Assembly (NCBI GenBank): GCA_025356215.1
Contig: JANXUM010000262.1
Location: 1-52,033, forward strand
Direction: 5' to 3'
Length of the DNA stretch: 52,033 bases
From: Bryobacter sp.
GTDB lineage: Bacteria > Acidobacteriota > Terriglobia > Bryobacterales > Bryobacteraceae
The notes below the pieces were generated by a model. The model did not search any database, was not told the DNA's origin, and worked only from the letters and a program-made list of their open reading frames with translations. Numbering within the stretch: the first letter of the stretch is position 1; each line of letters starts with the position of its first letter. Of the stretch, positions 28,752-38,403 are shown piece after piece. Position numbers and translations under genes: made by a program.

Positions 28752-29761
28752 GCTTCGGCCAGTGCGGCAACCAGCGCGCCTTTGGCGGTGGAGTTGAGCG
28801 GCGATTGCGCCATCCGGATCTCGCTGAGTGGCAGAGGGAATTCCGACTCTTTGAGCAGCTTCTCAAAACGGTCGCGGAAGCCTTTTGGCATCGCGCTGCC
28901 GCCGGAGAGGACCATCGGCACGGGCCGGCCTATCTTGGGGATGTTGCGCGAATTCGAGAAGGCGTCCTTGAGGCCATTGACGACTGAGCGGATCATCTCG
29001 TCGTAATAGACGTTCAGCACCTGGTGCAGCTTGTCGGCAAAGTGACCGTTGATGTAGAAAGACTCTTCCTTGGCCATGCGGATGCGGGTGGCCAGTTCGC
29101 CGGTGATCGTCGATGCGGACGAGTCAATATAATCGCCGGCCTTGGGGACGCTGAAGCTCAAAACCGGTACGGCCAGATAACTGAGGCAGACGTTGACCAA
29201 ACCCCCGCCGAAGCTGATGCCGATACCTGAGTAATTGGTTTCTTCGAGCTCGGAAAAAACGACTGCCAAGCCTTCATTGATCGGCGTGGGAGTGCAATCG
29301 AGCTCGCGCAGAATCTGGGCGATGGTGGCGTCATGGTAAGTGAGATTCTCTTCGGCGCCAAGCGAGGCGGCCGGGACGCTGTAGTACACGGGGAGGCCGC
29401 TGCGGCGCTCGCCGTCGGTGAGATTTTCAATCAACTGTTTGAGCATGGCGGCGTTGGCGGGCTCTTGCGGGTTGAGCACGCCACGGGTCATCGGGCGGCG
29501 GGCTTCGGTCTGGAGCAGGTCGGCAAAGCGCGAGCTCTCATTGCCGGGCACGATGATGCTCTTCTCGCCGGCGTCGCCGTGGACGACGTACGGAACGCCT
29601 TCGCGCTTAAGCGAGGACTCGGTCATTTTCGACCAAGGCACGGTGACAAACGCGTTTAACTGGGTTTTGTATTGAAAATCTTCGTTGTTGCGGAAGGCGG
29701 TGACGATGCGGCTGGTGCCGACGTCAAGGCCGATGGCGGGAGTTTGGGGGGCGTTTTTCAT
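28748..29761 (-). CDS. Actin-like ATPase, non-MreB (volactin-like)
   Basis: Phosphate-1 IGLDVGTSRI, RRPMTRGVL, PINEGLAV, GIGISFGGGLVNV, AGDYID, adenosine VLSGGSAMPKGF, AKGALVAA. Confidence 0.8.
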   Translation of the reverse strand: MKNAPQTPAIGLDVGTSRIVTAFRNNEDFQYKTQLNAFVTVPWSKMTESSLKREGVPYVVHGDAGEKSIIVPGNESSRFADLLQTEARRPMTRGVLNPQEPANAAMLKQLIENLTDGERRSGLPVYYSVPAASLGAEENLTYHDATIAQILRELDCTPTPINEGLAVVFSELEETNYSGIGISFGGGLVNVCLSYLAVPVLSFSVPKAGDYIDSSASTITGELATRIRMAKEESFYINGHFADKLHQVLNVYYDEMIRSVVNGLKDAFSNSRNIPKIGRPVPMVLSGGSAMPKGFRDRFEKLLKESEFPLPLSEIRMAQSPLNSTAKGALVAALAEA

Positions 29762-30978
29762 TGGTTTACCTCTGCGGCTTTGCCGGTGTCTTTACTTGGT
29801 TTTTCGGCCATGGGCGAGTTGTTCTCGGGCAACAGCGCACTCAGGCGGCGGTAATTGTTACGCAACTGGGTGCGCAGTTGCGTAACCGATAGCGATTTCT
29901 GTTTCGCCTCTTCGCGGATGAGATCGTCGGCACTGCCGAGACCTTTCCACATGCGTGCGCCAGTGGCCGCGAAGAAGGTGTTGTCGTAGGTGAATCCAAA
30001 GAGCTGGATACTGCCCAACGGCTGAGCGTAGTTGTCCGGAAGGCCCATCTCCTCGAAGGGAAAGTTGCCTGCCCAATCGGTATGGTATCCGATTAGGAAA
30101 TTGCTTGGGTTGACCGACACCTGAGCATGGGTGACGCAATTGGTGGCGGCGATGTCGTAGCGGGCGCGCAACATGCGGGTGAGAAGGCGACCGGAGTCGA
30201 TTTGCGCCTGTGTGACGGCGGGGGCTTCATCCCCGGTGCGAGTTTGCGTTTCGAAGGCGACGGCGAGGAACGATTCGTTGAGCGCGATGTAAGCCCACTT
30301 GTCGTCTGCCCAGATGGACTTGCCGCTGTGATTGGCGGCATCGGACTCGGCAACGATGCGGAAGACGCGGCCAAAGCGGTCAATCGCGTAATGATATGCC
30401 TTCTCAGTGCGCGCGAATTGGACGAGGGATTCGCCGAGATACTTCAAGCGCGAAGTCTTGTGCTCGGCGAGATCCTCAAGGGTGCTCTCGGTGGTGTGGA
30501 AGACGATACCGGCGGCCTGGCGGCTGGGGAGTTGGGTCAGTGACGAGGCGGGCAAGTTGCGGTTCCAGACATAATACTCCCGGGGACGGTTGGTGGTGGC
30601 GTAGCGGGTATCGATGTGTAAACCGCTGGACCAGGTTTCGATGCTGCTCTTGGTGTCGACCAGCCAGACCTTCTCGAGCGGGGCCTCTCGCCGGGGGCGG
30701 CGCGTGGGCGCGGAATTAGCCGAATCCGCCAGCAATGCGGGTGGGGCGGCCGCGCGGAAGTATGTAAATGTAGGTACGCTGAGCACGAATAGAACCGCAA
30801 GCCAGAACTTCTGATTACGAAGCCACCAATATTGAGGCCGGCCTATGACCGCCTCCATTTGAACAACGCGGCGATCGGTCGTCCGCAGAAAACGCAGTTT
30901 CTCTACAGGGTCTTCGATCTTGGAAGCCCTCGCGTTGATGAGCGGATTCAATACCTCTCGCGGAGAAAACCGGTTCAA
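29758..30978 (-). CDS. Membrane-anchored N-acetylmuramoyl-L-alanine amidase (Amidase_2/PGRP-like)
   Basis: TM FWLAVLFVLSVPTFTYF; IVFHTTES, YHYAIDRFG, ANHSG, AVAFE, CVTHAQV; start uncertain. Confidence 0.78.
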   Translation of the reverse strand: MNRFSPREVLNPLINARASKIEDPVEKLRFLRTTDRRVVQMEAVIGRPQYWWLRNQKFWLAVLFVLSVPTFTYFRAAAPPALLADSANSAPTRRPRREAPLEKVWLVDTKSSIETWSSGLHIDTRYATTNRPREYYVWNRNLPASSLTQLPSRQAAGIVFHTTESTLEDLAEHKTSRLKYLGESLVQFARTEKAYHYAIDRFGRVFRIVAESDAANHSGKSIWADDKWAYIALNESFLAVAFETQTRTGDEAPAVTQAQIDSGRLLTRMLRARYDIAATNCVTHAQVSVNPSNFLIGYHTDWAGNFPFEEMGLPDNYAQPLGSIQLFGFTYDNTFFAATGARMWKGLGSADDLIREEAKQKSLSVTQLRTQLRNNYRRLSALLPENNSPMAEKPSKDTGKAAEVNQ

Positions 30979-31314
30979 GCGCTGCCACTACCTTCTGGGG
31001 CATCTTCTGTGGATGATCGGCGGAAGCGCCAGGAATCCTTATAGCCACCCGAGCTAGTCTTAGGGTACTCGTTTGGGCCGGGTACGGTGAAGACCTTATG
31101 TCAATTCGCCGGCTTTGCTGAAGAAACCACGACCTTCGGTTGGAGCGTCCATCAGCTCGCCCGCCTGAAGTGAAATGGAAATAATCAACGGTCGCAAGCG
31201 CAAAGGCTCGCTTTTGACCGGGTGGCACCGATAAGCTTTACTGAAACAAACGATATGTTTGGTTCCAGCACTTAAAAGTCTGTCTTGAGGAAGAACTCTC
31301 CACGAAGGTGAAAC

Positions 31315-33387
31315 ATGGAAATCATCCCCTCACGCTCCCAATCGGAGTCCGATGGACGCAACGTGTTGGATGAGCGAACGGCGGATCATCCGGAGCAGTT
31401 GGCTAGACTGCTTGCGGCCGCGTTGCGAGATACATCGGAGAGTGTCCTGATCACGGACGCTTGCTTGGATCTGCCGGGACCCAATATCGTTTTCTGCAAC
31501 GCCGCGTTCACCCAGATCACCGGATGGGGGGAGTCTGAGATTGTGGGGCGGTCTTCGCGAATTTTGCAAGGGCCGCTCACCGACCGTTCGGTTATGGCGC
31601 GGTTAAAGGCGGACTTGCAGGCCGGGCGGCGGTTTGAGGGAGAGACCTTCAACTACCGCAAGGACGGGACCGTCTACCTGATGCAATTGCACATTTCGGC
31701 CGTGCGCGATGAAGCTGGTCGGACCACGCACTACGTGGCGGTGCAGCGCGACGTTACCGAAGAACGAAGAACGGAGCGGGAAATACAGACTGCCAGAAAG
31801 AGTGCCGAGGCCGCGGCCCGGGCAAAGTCCGAGTTTCTGGCGGTGATGAGTCATGAGATTCGAACGCCGATGAATGGAATGCTGGGGATGAGTTCGATCC
31901 TGGCCGGCACAAACCTGAGCCCGGAGCAGCGCGACTATCTGGATACGATCCGGGCCAGCGGCGATTCGCTCCTGTCGATCCTCAACGACATTCTGGATTA
32001 TTCCAAGATCGAAGCCGGCGGCATGGAGCTGGAAGCGCTTGAATTCGATCTGCGAGAGATGGCTGAAGTGGCGGTGGATCTGGTGGCTGCCCAGGGGCAA
32101 GACAAGGGCCTCGAGCTCATTTTAGACGTGGCAGAGGAGCTTCCGTGGGTGAGGGGCGATGCGGGCAGAATCCGGCAGGTGTTGCTGAACCTGCTGACGA
32201 ATGCCATCAAATTCACGCAGACTGGAGAAGTTCGGCTTTCGATCAAGATCGTGGAGCGATTGGACGCCGCGATTGCCATTCGCATCGCGGTGAGCGACAC
32301 CGGGATTGGGATTTCCCCCCAATCCCAGCAGCGGTTGTTTTCGCCATTCATACAAGCCGACAGTTCCACCACCCGGCGCTATGGAGGAACCGGTTTGGGG
32401 CTTGCGATCTCCAAGCGTCTCATCGAAACGATGGGTGGCGCGATTGGCTTGGATAGTATCCAGGGAGAGGGCAGCACCTTTTGGTTGAGTCTGACTTTGC
32501 CGGTGGCCGCCGGTGAATTCGACTCCGCGGATCGGGAGCCGACAGCCGATCTACTGCAAGGAAAGCGCGCGTTGGTTGTGGATGACAATGCAACCAACCG
32601 CAGGGTGCTGCGCCGCCAGTTGGAGTCCGCTGGCCTGGAAATGGTGGAGGCGAGTTCGGGGGACGAAGCGCTTGCGATGCTCACCGGGTTTTCCAATGAA
32701 GGGAAGCCGATCGACCTGGCTCTGTTGGATTTGCACATGCCCGAAATGGATGGACTGATGCTGGCTCGATCCATCCGCGGAAAAACGGACTGGGACAAAC
32801 TGCCGCTGGTAATGTTGGCGAGCCATCGGGATCGGGAATCGATGCTGGAGGCGCGTCGCGCGGACATCAACGAATACCTGCTGAAGCCCGTCGGATCGCG
32901 AAAGCTGTTGCGCATCCTGAACGGGGTGTTGGGGAGGGAGCGGTCGGAGGGTTTTGGGCCATTGGAGGCGACGACGGAGGCCTATTCGGGTCTGGTATTG
33001 GTGGCTGAGGACAATGTCGTAAATCAGCGGATTGCGAGGATGTTACTGGAGCGTTTGGGTTTGCGCGTGGACACGGTAGCCAACGGACAGGAAGCCGTTG
33101 CCGCCCACGCCCGCTCCAAGTATGGGTTGATCCTGATGGACTGCCAAATGCCGGAGATGGACGGCTGGATGGCCACACAGCGCATCCGCGAAGCCGAGGG
33201 CGGAAGTGACGCCAGAACGCCAATCGTAGCGCTGACAGCCGCTGTTATGACGTCTGACCGGGAGCGCTGCCTAGTGGCTGGCATGGACGGTTACCTCTCC
33301 AAGCCGATCGGCTTCGCCGAACTACGAGAGACAGTGGGCAAATGGCTCAGGCCCGCCGTGGAGCTAGTGGAATTGACTTTGAAGTGA
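31315..33387 (+). CDS. Hybrid histidine kinase (LOV-like PAS, HisKA, HATPase, two receivers)
   Basis: KSEFLAVMSHEIRTPMNG, QVLLNLLTNAIKFT, GGTGLGLAIS, LVVDDN..LLDLHMP, LVAEDN..LMDCQMP. Confidence 0.95.
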   Translation: MEIIPSRSQSESDGRNVLDERTADHPEQLARLLAAALRDTSESVLITDACLDLPGPNIVFCNAAFTQITGWGESEIVGRSSRILQGPLTDRSVMARLKADLQAGRRFEGETFNYRKDGTVYLMQLHISAVRDEAGRTTHYVAVQRDVTEERRTEREIQTARKSAEAAARAKSEFLAVMSHEIRTPMNGMLGMSSILAGTNLSPEQRDYLDTIRASGDSLLSILNDILDYSKIEAGGMELEALEFDLREMAEVAVDLVAAQGQDKGLELILDVAEELPWVRGDAGRIRQVLLNLLTNAIKFTQTGEVRLSIKIVERLDAAIAIRIAVSDTGIGISPQSQQRLFSPFIQADSSTTRRYGGTGLGLAISKRLIETMGGAIGLDSIQGEGSTFWLSLTLPVAAGEFDSADREPTADLLQGKRALVVDDNATNRRVLRRQLESAGLEMVEASSGDEALAMLTGFSNEGKPIDLALLDLHMPEMDGLMLARSIRGKTDWDKLPLVMLASHRDRESMLEARRADINEYLLKPVGSRKLLRILNGVLGRERSEGFGPLEATTEAYSGLVLVAEDNVVNQRIARMLLERLGLRVDTVANGQEAVAAHARSKYGLILMDCQMPEMDGWMATQRIREAEGGSDARTPIVALTAAVMTSDRERCLVAGMDGYLSKPIGFAELRETVGKWLRPAVELVELTLK

Positions 33388-33428
33388 ATCCGGAGCAAGG
33401 CCGTATCGAAGCTGCCTCATTTTGATGC

Positions 33429-33453
33429 GAAACTTCTGCAGATTACGCGCGTT
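33429..33453 (+). promoter_or_regulatory. Putative ECF promoter upstream of DUF1800
   Basis: GAAAC-N16-CGTT about 25 nt before the ATG. Confidence 0.35.
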
Positions 33454-33477
33454 TCATATAACGGATAGAGGCGAACG

Positions 33478-35106
33478 ATGAACTTGCAGACGGTGTTGAG
33501 AGTAAAGACTTTAGCGGCGGCGGCCGTAGTGATGGCTGTGGCGTTGGGCCCGCTGGCGGCCAAGAAGGTGGCTAGTGACGCGGCGAAGTTCCGCCAGAAG
33601 CTTGCCGGGGACAAACAGATTGAGCAGGCCTTGAGCCGGATGACCTTTGGGGCGCGACCGGGCGACGCGGCTGCTGTGAAGAAGCAGGGGCTGAAGAAAT
33701 GGATCGAGAGCCAACTGAACCCGACGTCGATCTCGGAAAACCCGGAGCTGGAAGCGAAGCTGACCAAGATGGGGACCCTCGGGCTGTCGACGGAAGAGTT
33801 GGCGCTGAAGTATCCGACGCCGCAGGTGTTGACGGCGGTGGCGATGGGAAGAATGCCGATGCCCGAGGATCCGGATCTACGCGAGGTTTACGAGCGGCTG
33901 AGCGAGCGCTACAAGGCTCGCATCGAACGCAAGAAGACCAAAGGCGAAGAGGATGAAGAAGAAGTCAAGAAGGCAAATGAGGACCGCATACGCCGCCGAA
34001 TTGGAACGATGACGACCGAGGAGCGCAGCGAGGCATTGCGTAAGCTCGCACCCCAGCAGGCAGTGGCCGGGGAAATCACGGAAGCCAAAATTTATCGCGC
34101 AGTGATGAGCGAGCGGCAACTGAGCGAGGTGCTGGCGGATTTCTGGTTCAACCACTTCAACATCTATATCGACAAGGGCGCGGACAAGTGGCTGACCACC
34201 GCCTATGAACGCGACGCGATCCGGCCCTATGTGCTGGGCAACTTCAAAGACATGGTGAAGGCCACTGCGCAGAGCCCGGCGATGTTGTTCTATTTGGATA
34301 ACTGGCAGAGTGTAAGCGAGGCACCGGCGGACCGCACGCGCCGCGCCGCCCCCAAGGCCCGCGCCCGCGGATTGAACGAAAACTATGCGCGGGAGCTGAT
34401 GGAGCTGCACACGCTGGGCGTGGACGGCGGCTATACGCAGAAGGACGTGCAGGAAGTGGCGCGCTGCTTTACCGGATGGAGTATCGACGACCCCAACCGG
34501 GGCGGCAAGTTTAAGTTCAACGAGCGCGTGCACGACAAGGGCGAGAAGGTAGTGTTGGGCGTGACGATCCCGGCGGGCGGAGGGATGGAGGATGGCCTGA
34601 AGGTGATCGACATCCTTGCGGCGCATCCTTCGACAGCGAAGTTTCTGTCGCGCAAACTGGCGCAGCGCTTTGTGGCGGACGAGCCGCCGGTGGCGCTTGT
34701 CGCTCGCATGGCCGCCACATTTACCAAAACGAACGGCGACCTGAAAGCCGTGATGCGAACGATGCTGACAAGCCAGGAGTTCTTTAGCGCGGGTGCGTTT
34801 CACGCCAAGATGAAGAGCCCGCTGGAGATGGTGGCGGGAGCATTGCGCGCCACCGGGGCGACAGTAACTAGCGCGATCCCGGCATCGCAGGCCATCGCCA
34901 ACATGGGCCAGCCGCTCTATCGCAAGCAGGAGCCGACGGGCTACTCCAACAACGGCGAGGAGTGGGTCAATTCAGCCGGATTGTTGGCTAGGATGAACTT
35001 CGCCATTGCCCTAAGCGAGAACAAGATCAATGGCGTGAAGATCGACAAAGACAAGTACGCGACGACGGCCAAGAGCATGGGCGCGCCCGAGTGGCAGCGC
35101 CGCTAG
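33478..35106 (+). CDS. DUF1800-family exported protein
   Basis: LSRMTFGARP, DFWFNHFN, SPAMLFYLDN, NENYARELMELHTLG, YTQKDV, KMKSPLE. Confidence 0.92.
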   Translation: MNLQTVLRVKTLAAAAVVMAVALGPLAAKKVASDAAKFRQKLAGDKQIEQALSRMTFGARPGDAAAVKKQGLKKWIESQLNPTSISENPELEAKLTKMGTLGLSTEELALKYPTPQVLTAVAMGRMPMPEDPDLREVYERLSERYKARIERKKTKGEEDEEEVKKANEDRIRRRIGTMTTEERSEALRKLAPQQAVAGEITEAKIYRAVMSERQLSEVLADFWFNHFNIYIDKGADKWLTTAYERDAIRPYVLGNFKDMVKATAQSPAMLFYLDNWQSVSEAPADRTRRAAPKARARGLNENYARELMELHTLGVDGGYTQKDVQEVARCFTGWSIDDPNRGGKFKFNERVHDKGEKVVLGVTIPAGGGMEDGLKVIDILAAHPSTAKFLSRKLAQRFVADEPPVALVARMAATFTKTNGDLKAVMRTMLTSQEFFSAGAFHAKMKSPLEMVAGALRATGATVTSAIPASQAIANMGQPLYRKQEPTGYSNNGEEWVNSAGLLARMNFAIALSENKINGVKIDKDKYATTAKSMGAPEWQRR

Positions 35107-35125
35107 AGGACAAAGGAGTTTAACC

Positions 35126-36358
35126 ATGGCAACCAGAAGAGCATTCTTACGCAATAGCGGTGTCGCGATGTTTGGCATTGGGGCGTCGCCGATTTGGCTG
35201 GAGCGGGCGATGGCCGCCAGCAATGCCGGGGGGCGCAAGAAGGTGTTGGTGGCGATCTTCCAGCGCGGCGCGGCCGACGGCTTGAACATCGTGGTGCCGC
35301 ATGGCGAGAAGGCTTATTACGCTGGGCGGCCGGGAATCGCGATCCCCAAGCCGGACGGCAAAGAGACGAGCGCGATCGATCTCGACGGCTTCTTTGGGCT
35401 GAACCCGAATCTAAAGGCGCTGAAGCCGATCTTTGACGAGAAGAAGCTGGCGATGGTGCACGCCTGCGGTAGCCCCGACCCGACACGCAGCCACTTTGAC
35501 GCGCAGGATTACATGGAGAGCGGGACGCCGGGCTTGAAGGCGACGCGCGACGGCTGGATGAACCGCGCGGTGCCGAACGCGGCGGAGCAGTCTCCGATCC
35601 GCGCCGTGTCTTTGGGGCCGGTGCTGTCGCGCACGCTGCGCGGGGCGAATTCCGCCGTTGCACTCAACAACGTGCGCGATTTTCAGGTGAAAGACAAGAT
35701 GGCGAGCGAGGACTACATGAGCCGCTACGCCGCCTCGGTTGACACTCAGCTTAAGGGGACGGGCAAAGAAACCTTTGAGGCGATCCGATTGCTGGAGACC
35801 TTGCGCAAGGCTGAATATCAGCCAGGCAACGGGGCCAGCTATCCGGGCGGGCGCCTGGGAACGAGTTTGAAGCAGATCGCACAGATGATTAAGGCGGACG
35901 CCGGCCTGGAGGTGGCGTTCGCCGATCTGGGCGGTTGGGATCATCACGTCAACGAAGTGGGCCAGACGGCGCTGGTGGGGCCGCTGGCGAATTTGCTTAC
36001 GGAATTCGGGGATAGCCTGGCCGCCTTTTATCGCGATCTTGGGACGCGGATGGAAGACGTCATGGTCGTGACGATGAGCGAGTTTGGGCGGACGGCTCGG
36101 GAGAACGGCAATCGCGGGACGGACCATGGGCACGCCAATGTGATGTTCGCGATGGGCGGGAATTTGCAGGGGGGTAAGGTGTACGGCGAGTGGCCGGGCC
36201 TGGAGCGCGAGCAGTTGTACGAGCAGCGGGATCTGGATGTGACGACGGACTTCCGCGATGTGCTGGGCGGCGTGGTCAAGCGGCATCTGGGACAGCCGGA
36301 TTTGGCGCGAGTGTTCCCGGGCTTTGCGGGGTCGGGGAAGCTTAAGGTCTTTGGATGA
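35126..36358 (+). CDS. DUF1501-family Tat-exported protein (DUF1800 partner)
   Basis: TRRAFLR, FQRGAADGLN, TRSHFDAQ, GGWDHH, MSEFGRT..ENGNRGTDHG, TTDFRDV. Confidence 0.92.
   Translation: MATRRAFLRNSGVAMFGIGASPIWLERAMAASNAGGRKKVLVAIFQRGAADGLNIVVPHGEKAYYAGRPGIAIPKPDGKETSAIDLDGFFGLNPNLKALKPIFDEKKLAMVHACGSPDPTRSHFDAQDYMESGTPGLKATRDGWMNRAVPNAAEQSPIRAVSLGPVLSRTLRGANSAVALNNVRDFQVKDKMASEDYMSRYAASVDTQLKGTGKETFEAIRLLETLRKAEYQPGNGASYPGGRLGTSLKQIAQMIKADAGLEVAFADLGGWDHHVNEVGQTALVGPLANLLTEFGDSLAAFYRDLGTRMEDVMVVTMSEFGRTARENGNRGTDHGHANVMFAMGGNLQGGKVYGEWPGLEREQLYEQRDLDVTTDFRDVLGGVVKRHLGQPDLARVFPGFAGSGKLKVFG
36266..36343 (+). repeat. Direct repeat copy 1 (78 bp, 3' end of DUF1501 gene)
   Basis: 76/78 identical to 38605-38682. 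Confidence 0.95.
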
Positions 36359-36687
36359 CCGACGTCGCCTCGATCCGGTAAGTTGGTGAATGTAGTTGCC
36401 GGGACGCTCTCGATGAACTCGACACCGAAGATTCGACTTGAAGTTGAGCGCGCCGCGGGCCAAGGGTCACCGCCGCGCATAATCCATTTCGACTAAGCAT
36501 CTGGCCGAGTTGGGTCGCACCCAGCCTGAGATGAATTCCCGACTTTTTAACGTATTTGTAACGAGAATCCGAGTCATGTATGGGCCGGAGCGAAGTTGAG
36601 TCTAATCGATCTCCCCCGATCCTTCGAAATAATGCTCGCCATCAGACCCACCTAGACAAAAGGTCTTCCCGCCCGCGCACTTTTCCC

Positions 36688-36715
36688 TTGACTTTCCGGG
36701 GGGCGGGTTTACAGT
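36688..36715 (+). promoter_or_regulatory. Sigma70-like promoter for a probably leaderless transcript
   Basis: TTGACT(36688-93)-N16-TACAGT(36710-15); ATG at 36722 lies at the expected +1 and has no RBS. Confidence 0.55.
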
Positions 36716-36721
36716 TCTAAC

Positions 36722-36970
36722 ATGTGGCAAATAATTGAAAACTACTCTCGAGTTTCCGGTCGATTACGACTGGTCGCTTGCATGCTGATTGGATTATTAG
36801 CCTACGCCAATTGTCCTGACGGATCCTGCCGCCTCGCCGGAACAGGTTCATTCTGCCTCGACGATTGTTGTTACAGTTTCGTCAACCTGGATTGCTGTGA
36901 TTTTTTCTGCACATCCAGCGCGTCTGTTTGCAAATCGGGTACGGCACAATTCTCCGATAACTGCCCGTAG
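36722..36970 (+). CDS. Secreted cysteine-rich peptide precursor (10 Cys in predicted 53-aa mature part)
   Basis: Signal-like RLRLVACMLIGLLAYA| then NCPDGSC...FCLDDCCYSFVNLDCCDFFC...VC...DNCP*. Confidence 0.7.
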   Translation: MWQIIENYSRVSGRLRLVACMLIGLLAYANCPDGSCRLAGTGSFCLDDCCYSFVNLDCCDFFCTSSASVCKSGTAQFSDNCP

Positions 36971-36987
36971 ATCTGAAGGAACATTCT

Positions 36988-37863
36988 ATGAATCTCATAA
37001 CACGACGACTACCGATTTTCGCTCTGTTCGCTTTATCTGCTAGCGCATACGATACTTCGAGATCAACCTGGAGCTTCGATACGCTAACGGTTCCGGGATC
37101 GGGCGACCTGATTACCGTAGACCTGCATAGTGCGAGAGTTTTGCCGCGTTGGCTCTTGGTGATCGAGGTTGCTCCCGGAGCGGTAACGTCAGTCCAAGCG
37201 GGAACCGCTTCCAGACCTGGCGCCTATCTGAAGCCGGGAATCCCGCAGATGTATCGTGAATTTAACAACGTCAGTTCTCGTGAACTCGTGTTGGGGGCTG
37301 ACTTTATCCAAGTCACGACCCACCAAGGAGAGAATTCGGCTCTGCTTGTCAGGCTTCTCGTAGCGCCAGAGAAAAAGGTTGCGATTCGGTACAACGGCGA
37401 TCTGATCGTCAATGCCCCGGCGTCGAACGGCCTCGTTCTTGACTCGGGCAAGATTGTGGACGCAAGGGTGGCGGGAATGCACCACCTGATTTCGTACTTG
37501 CAGTCAAGCAGCCAAGGATCGGGTGCGTATCCAGGCGGAATTGCGGTCGGAGGGGGGAATACATCGGCGATAACCCAGTTGCCGCTGTCTCAGTTGCGCG
37601 AATTGCTGCTCACCTATGTTGACCTTGGCCAAGACTTGAGTGCGAAAGCCACCGATGGCTACTTTTGCACGGTTATGCTGACAATCGGGCCGGATGGTTC
37701 CGTGAGCGGTAGCTCAGGTCTGCCCGACGGATACTCCGCGGTATCTGACGGATTCTTGAAGTGGCGGTTCAAGGCAACCGGCTTTCAGCATTTAGCAAAA
37801 CTGCCGATTTTCGTCACCCCTGGGAAGCGCTTCATAACGCCGCTGACTCCCGGAATCAAGTAG
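36988..37863 (+). CDS. Secreted hypothetical protein, possible TonB-C-terminal-like domain
   Basis: GAAGGA RBS; signal ..FALFALSASA|; C-terminal TVMLTIGPDGSV...AVSDGFLKWRFK..AKLPIF. Confidence 0.7.
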   Translation: MNLITRRLPIFALFALSASAYDTSRSTWSFDTLTVPGSGDLITVDLHSARVLPRWLLVIEVAPGAVTSVQAGTASRPGAYLKPGIPQMYREFNNVSSRELVLGADFIQVTTHQGENSALLVRLLVAPEKKVAIRYNGDLIVNAPASNGLVLDSGKIVDARVAGMHHLISYLQSSSQGSGAYPGGIAVGGGNTSAITQLPLSQLRELLLTYVDLGQDLSAKATDGYFCTVMLTIGPDGSVSGSSGLPDGYSAVSDGFLKWRFKATGFQHLAKLPIFVTPGKRFITPLTPGIK

Positions 37864-37881
37864 CGAGCCACGTCTGCGGGA

Positions 37882-38403
37882 GTGAATACAATGCGTTCCA
37901 GAGTTAAGCTCGGCGCAATTACAAACATCGCCATCATCCTCACACTGATATTTTTTGTGACCATAACGGACCGGAGGGAGTTCTTTAAAGGTGGTGGATT
38001 GTTTGCGGGAAACAAAGGGAGCCTCAGCGGTGCGAAGTTTCCTGTTCTCACTGGCGTCAGGTACGAGGGCAAGTCAACGACTCTTCTGTTATTTGCGAGC
38101 GCTCACTGTAAGCACTGTCAGGCCAGTTCTGGCTTCTATAAAAAGCTTTTCCAAACGATGGAGAAGAGGCGGTCCGAAGTTCAGGCAGCCGTGGTGTTTC
38201 CGAAAGCTGATGGGCAATATGACTGGGTGAATGCCTATGGCCTCCCACAGAGCGTAGTGCTTGTGCAAATTGACCAACTCCAATTGGACATTAGCGGAAC
38301 GCCGACAATAGTGCTGGTTGACGAGAAAGGGATAGTGAAGAAGAGTTGGGTTGGTCAACTGAACTTCATCGAAGAACAGCAGCTATTGAATCTTCTCGGT
38401 TGA
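37882..38403 (+). CDS. Membrane-anchored thioredoxin-fold protein (CxxC)
   Basis: N-terminal TM, LLLFASAHCKHC, cis-Pro loop SGTPTIVLVDEKGIVKKSWVG. Confidence 0.82.
   Translation: MNTMRSRVKLGAITNIAIILTLIFFVTITDRREFFKGGGLFAGNKGSLSGAKFPVLTGVRYEGKSTTLLLFASAHCKHCQASSGFYKKLFQTMEKRRSEVQAAVVFPKADGQYDWVNAYGLPQSVVLVQIDQLQLDISGTPTIVLVDEKGIVKKSWVGQLNFIEEQQLLNLLG

Noticed and set aside
28748-29761. Calling the actin-like protein MreB, FtsA or MamK
   Set aside because: Lacks MreB-specific motifs (e.g. IEEPMAAAIG, DIGGGT) and the usual gene neighbourhoods.
36722-36970. Cys-rich peptide as lanthipeptide, ranthipeptide or metallothionein
   Set aside because: No dehydratase, cyclase or radical SAM gene nearby; the signal peptide and adjacent thioredoxin favour disulfides. 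Metal binding is not fully excluded.
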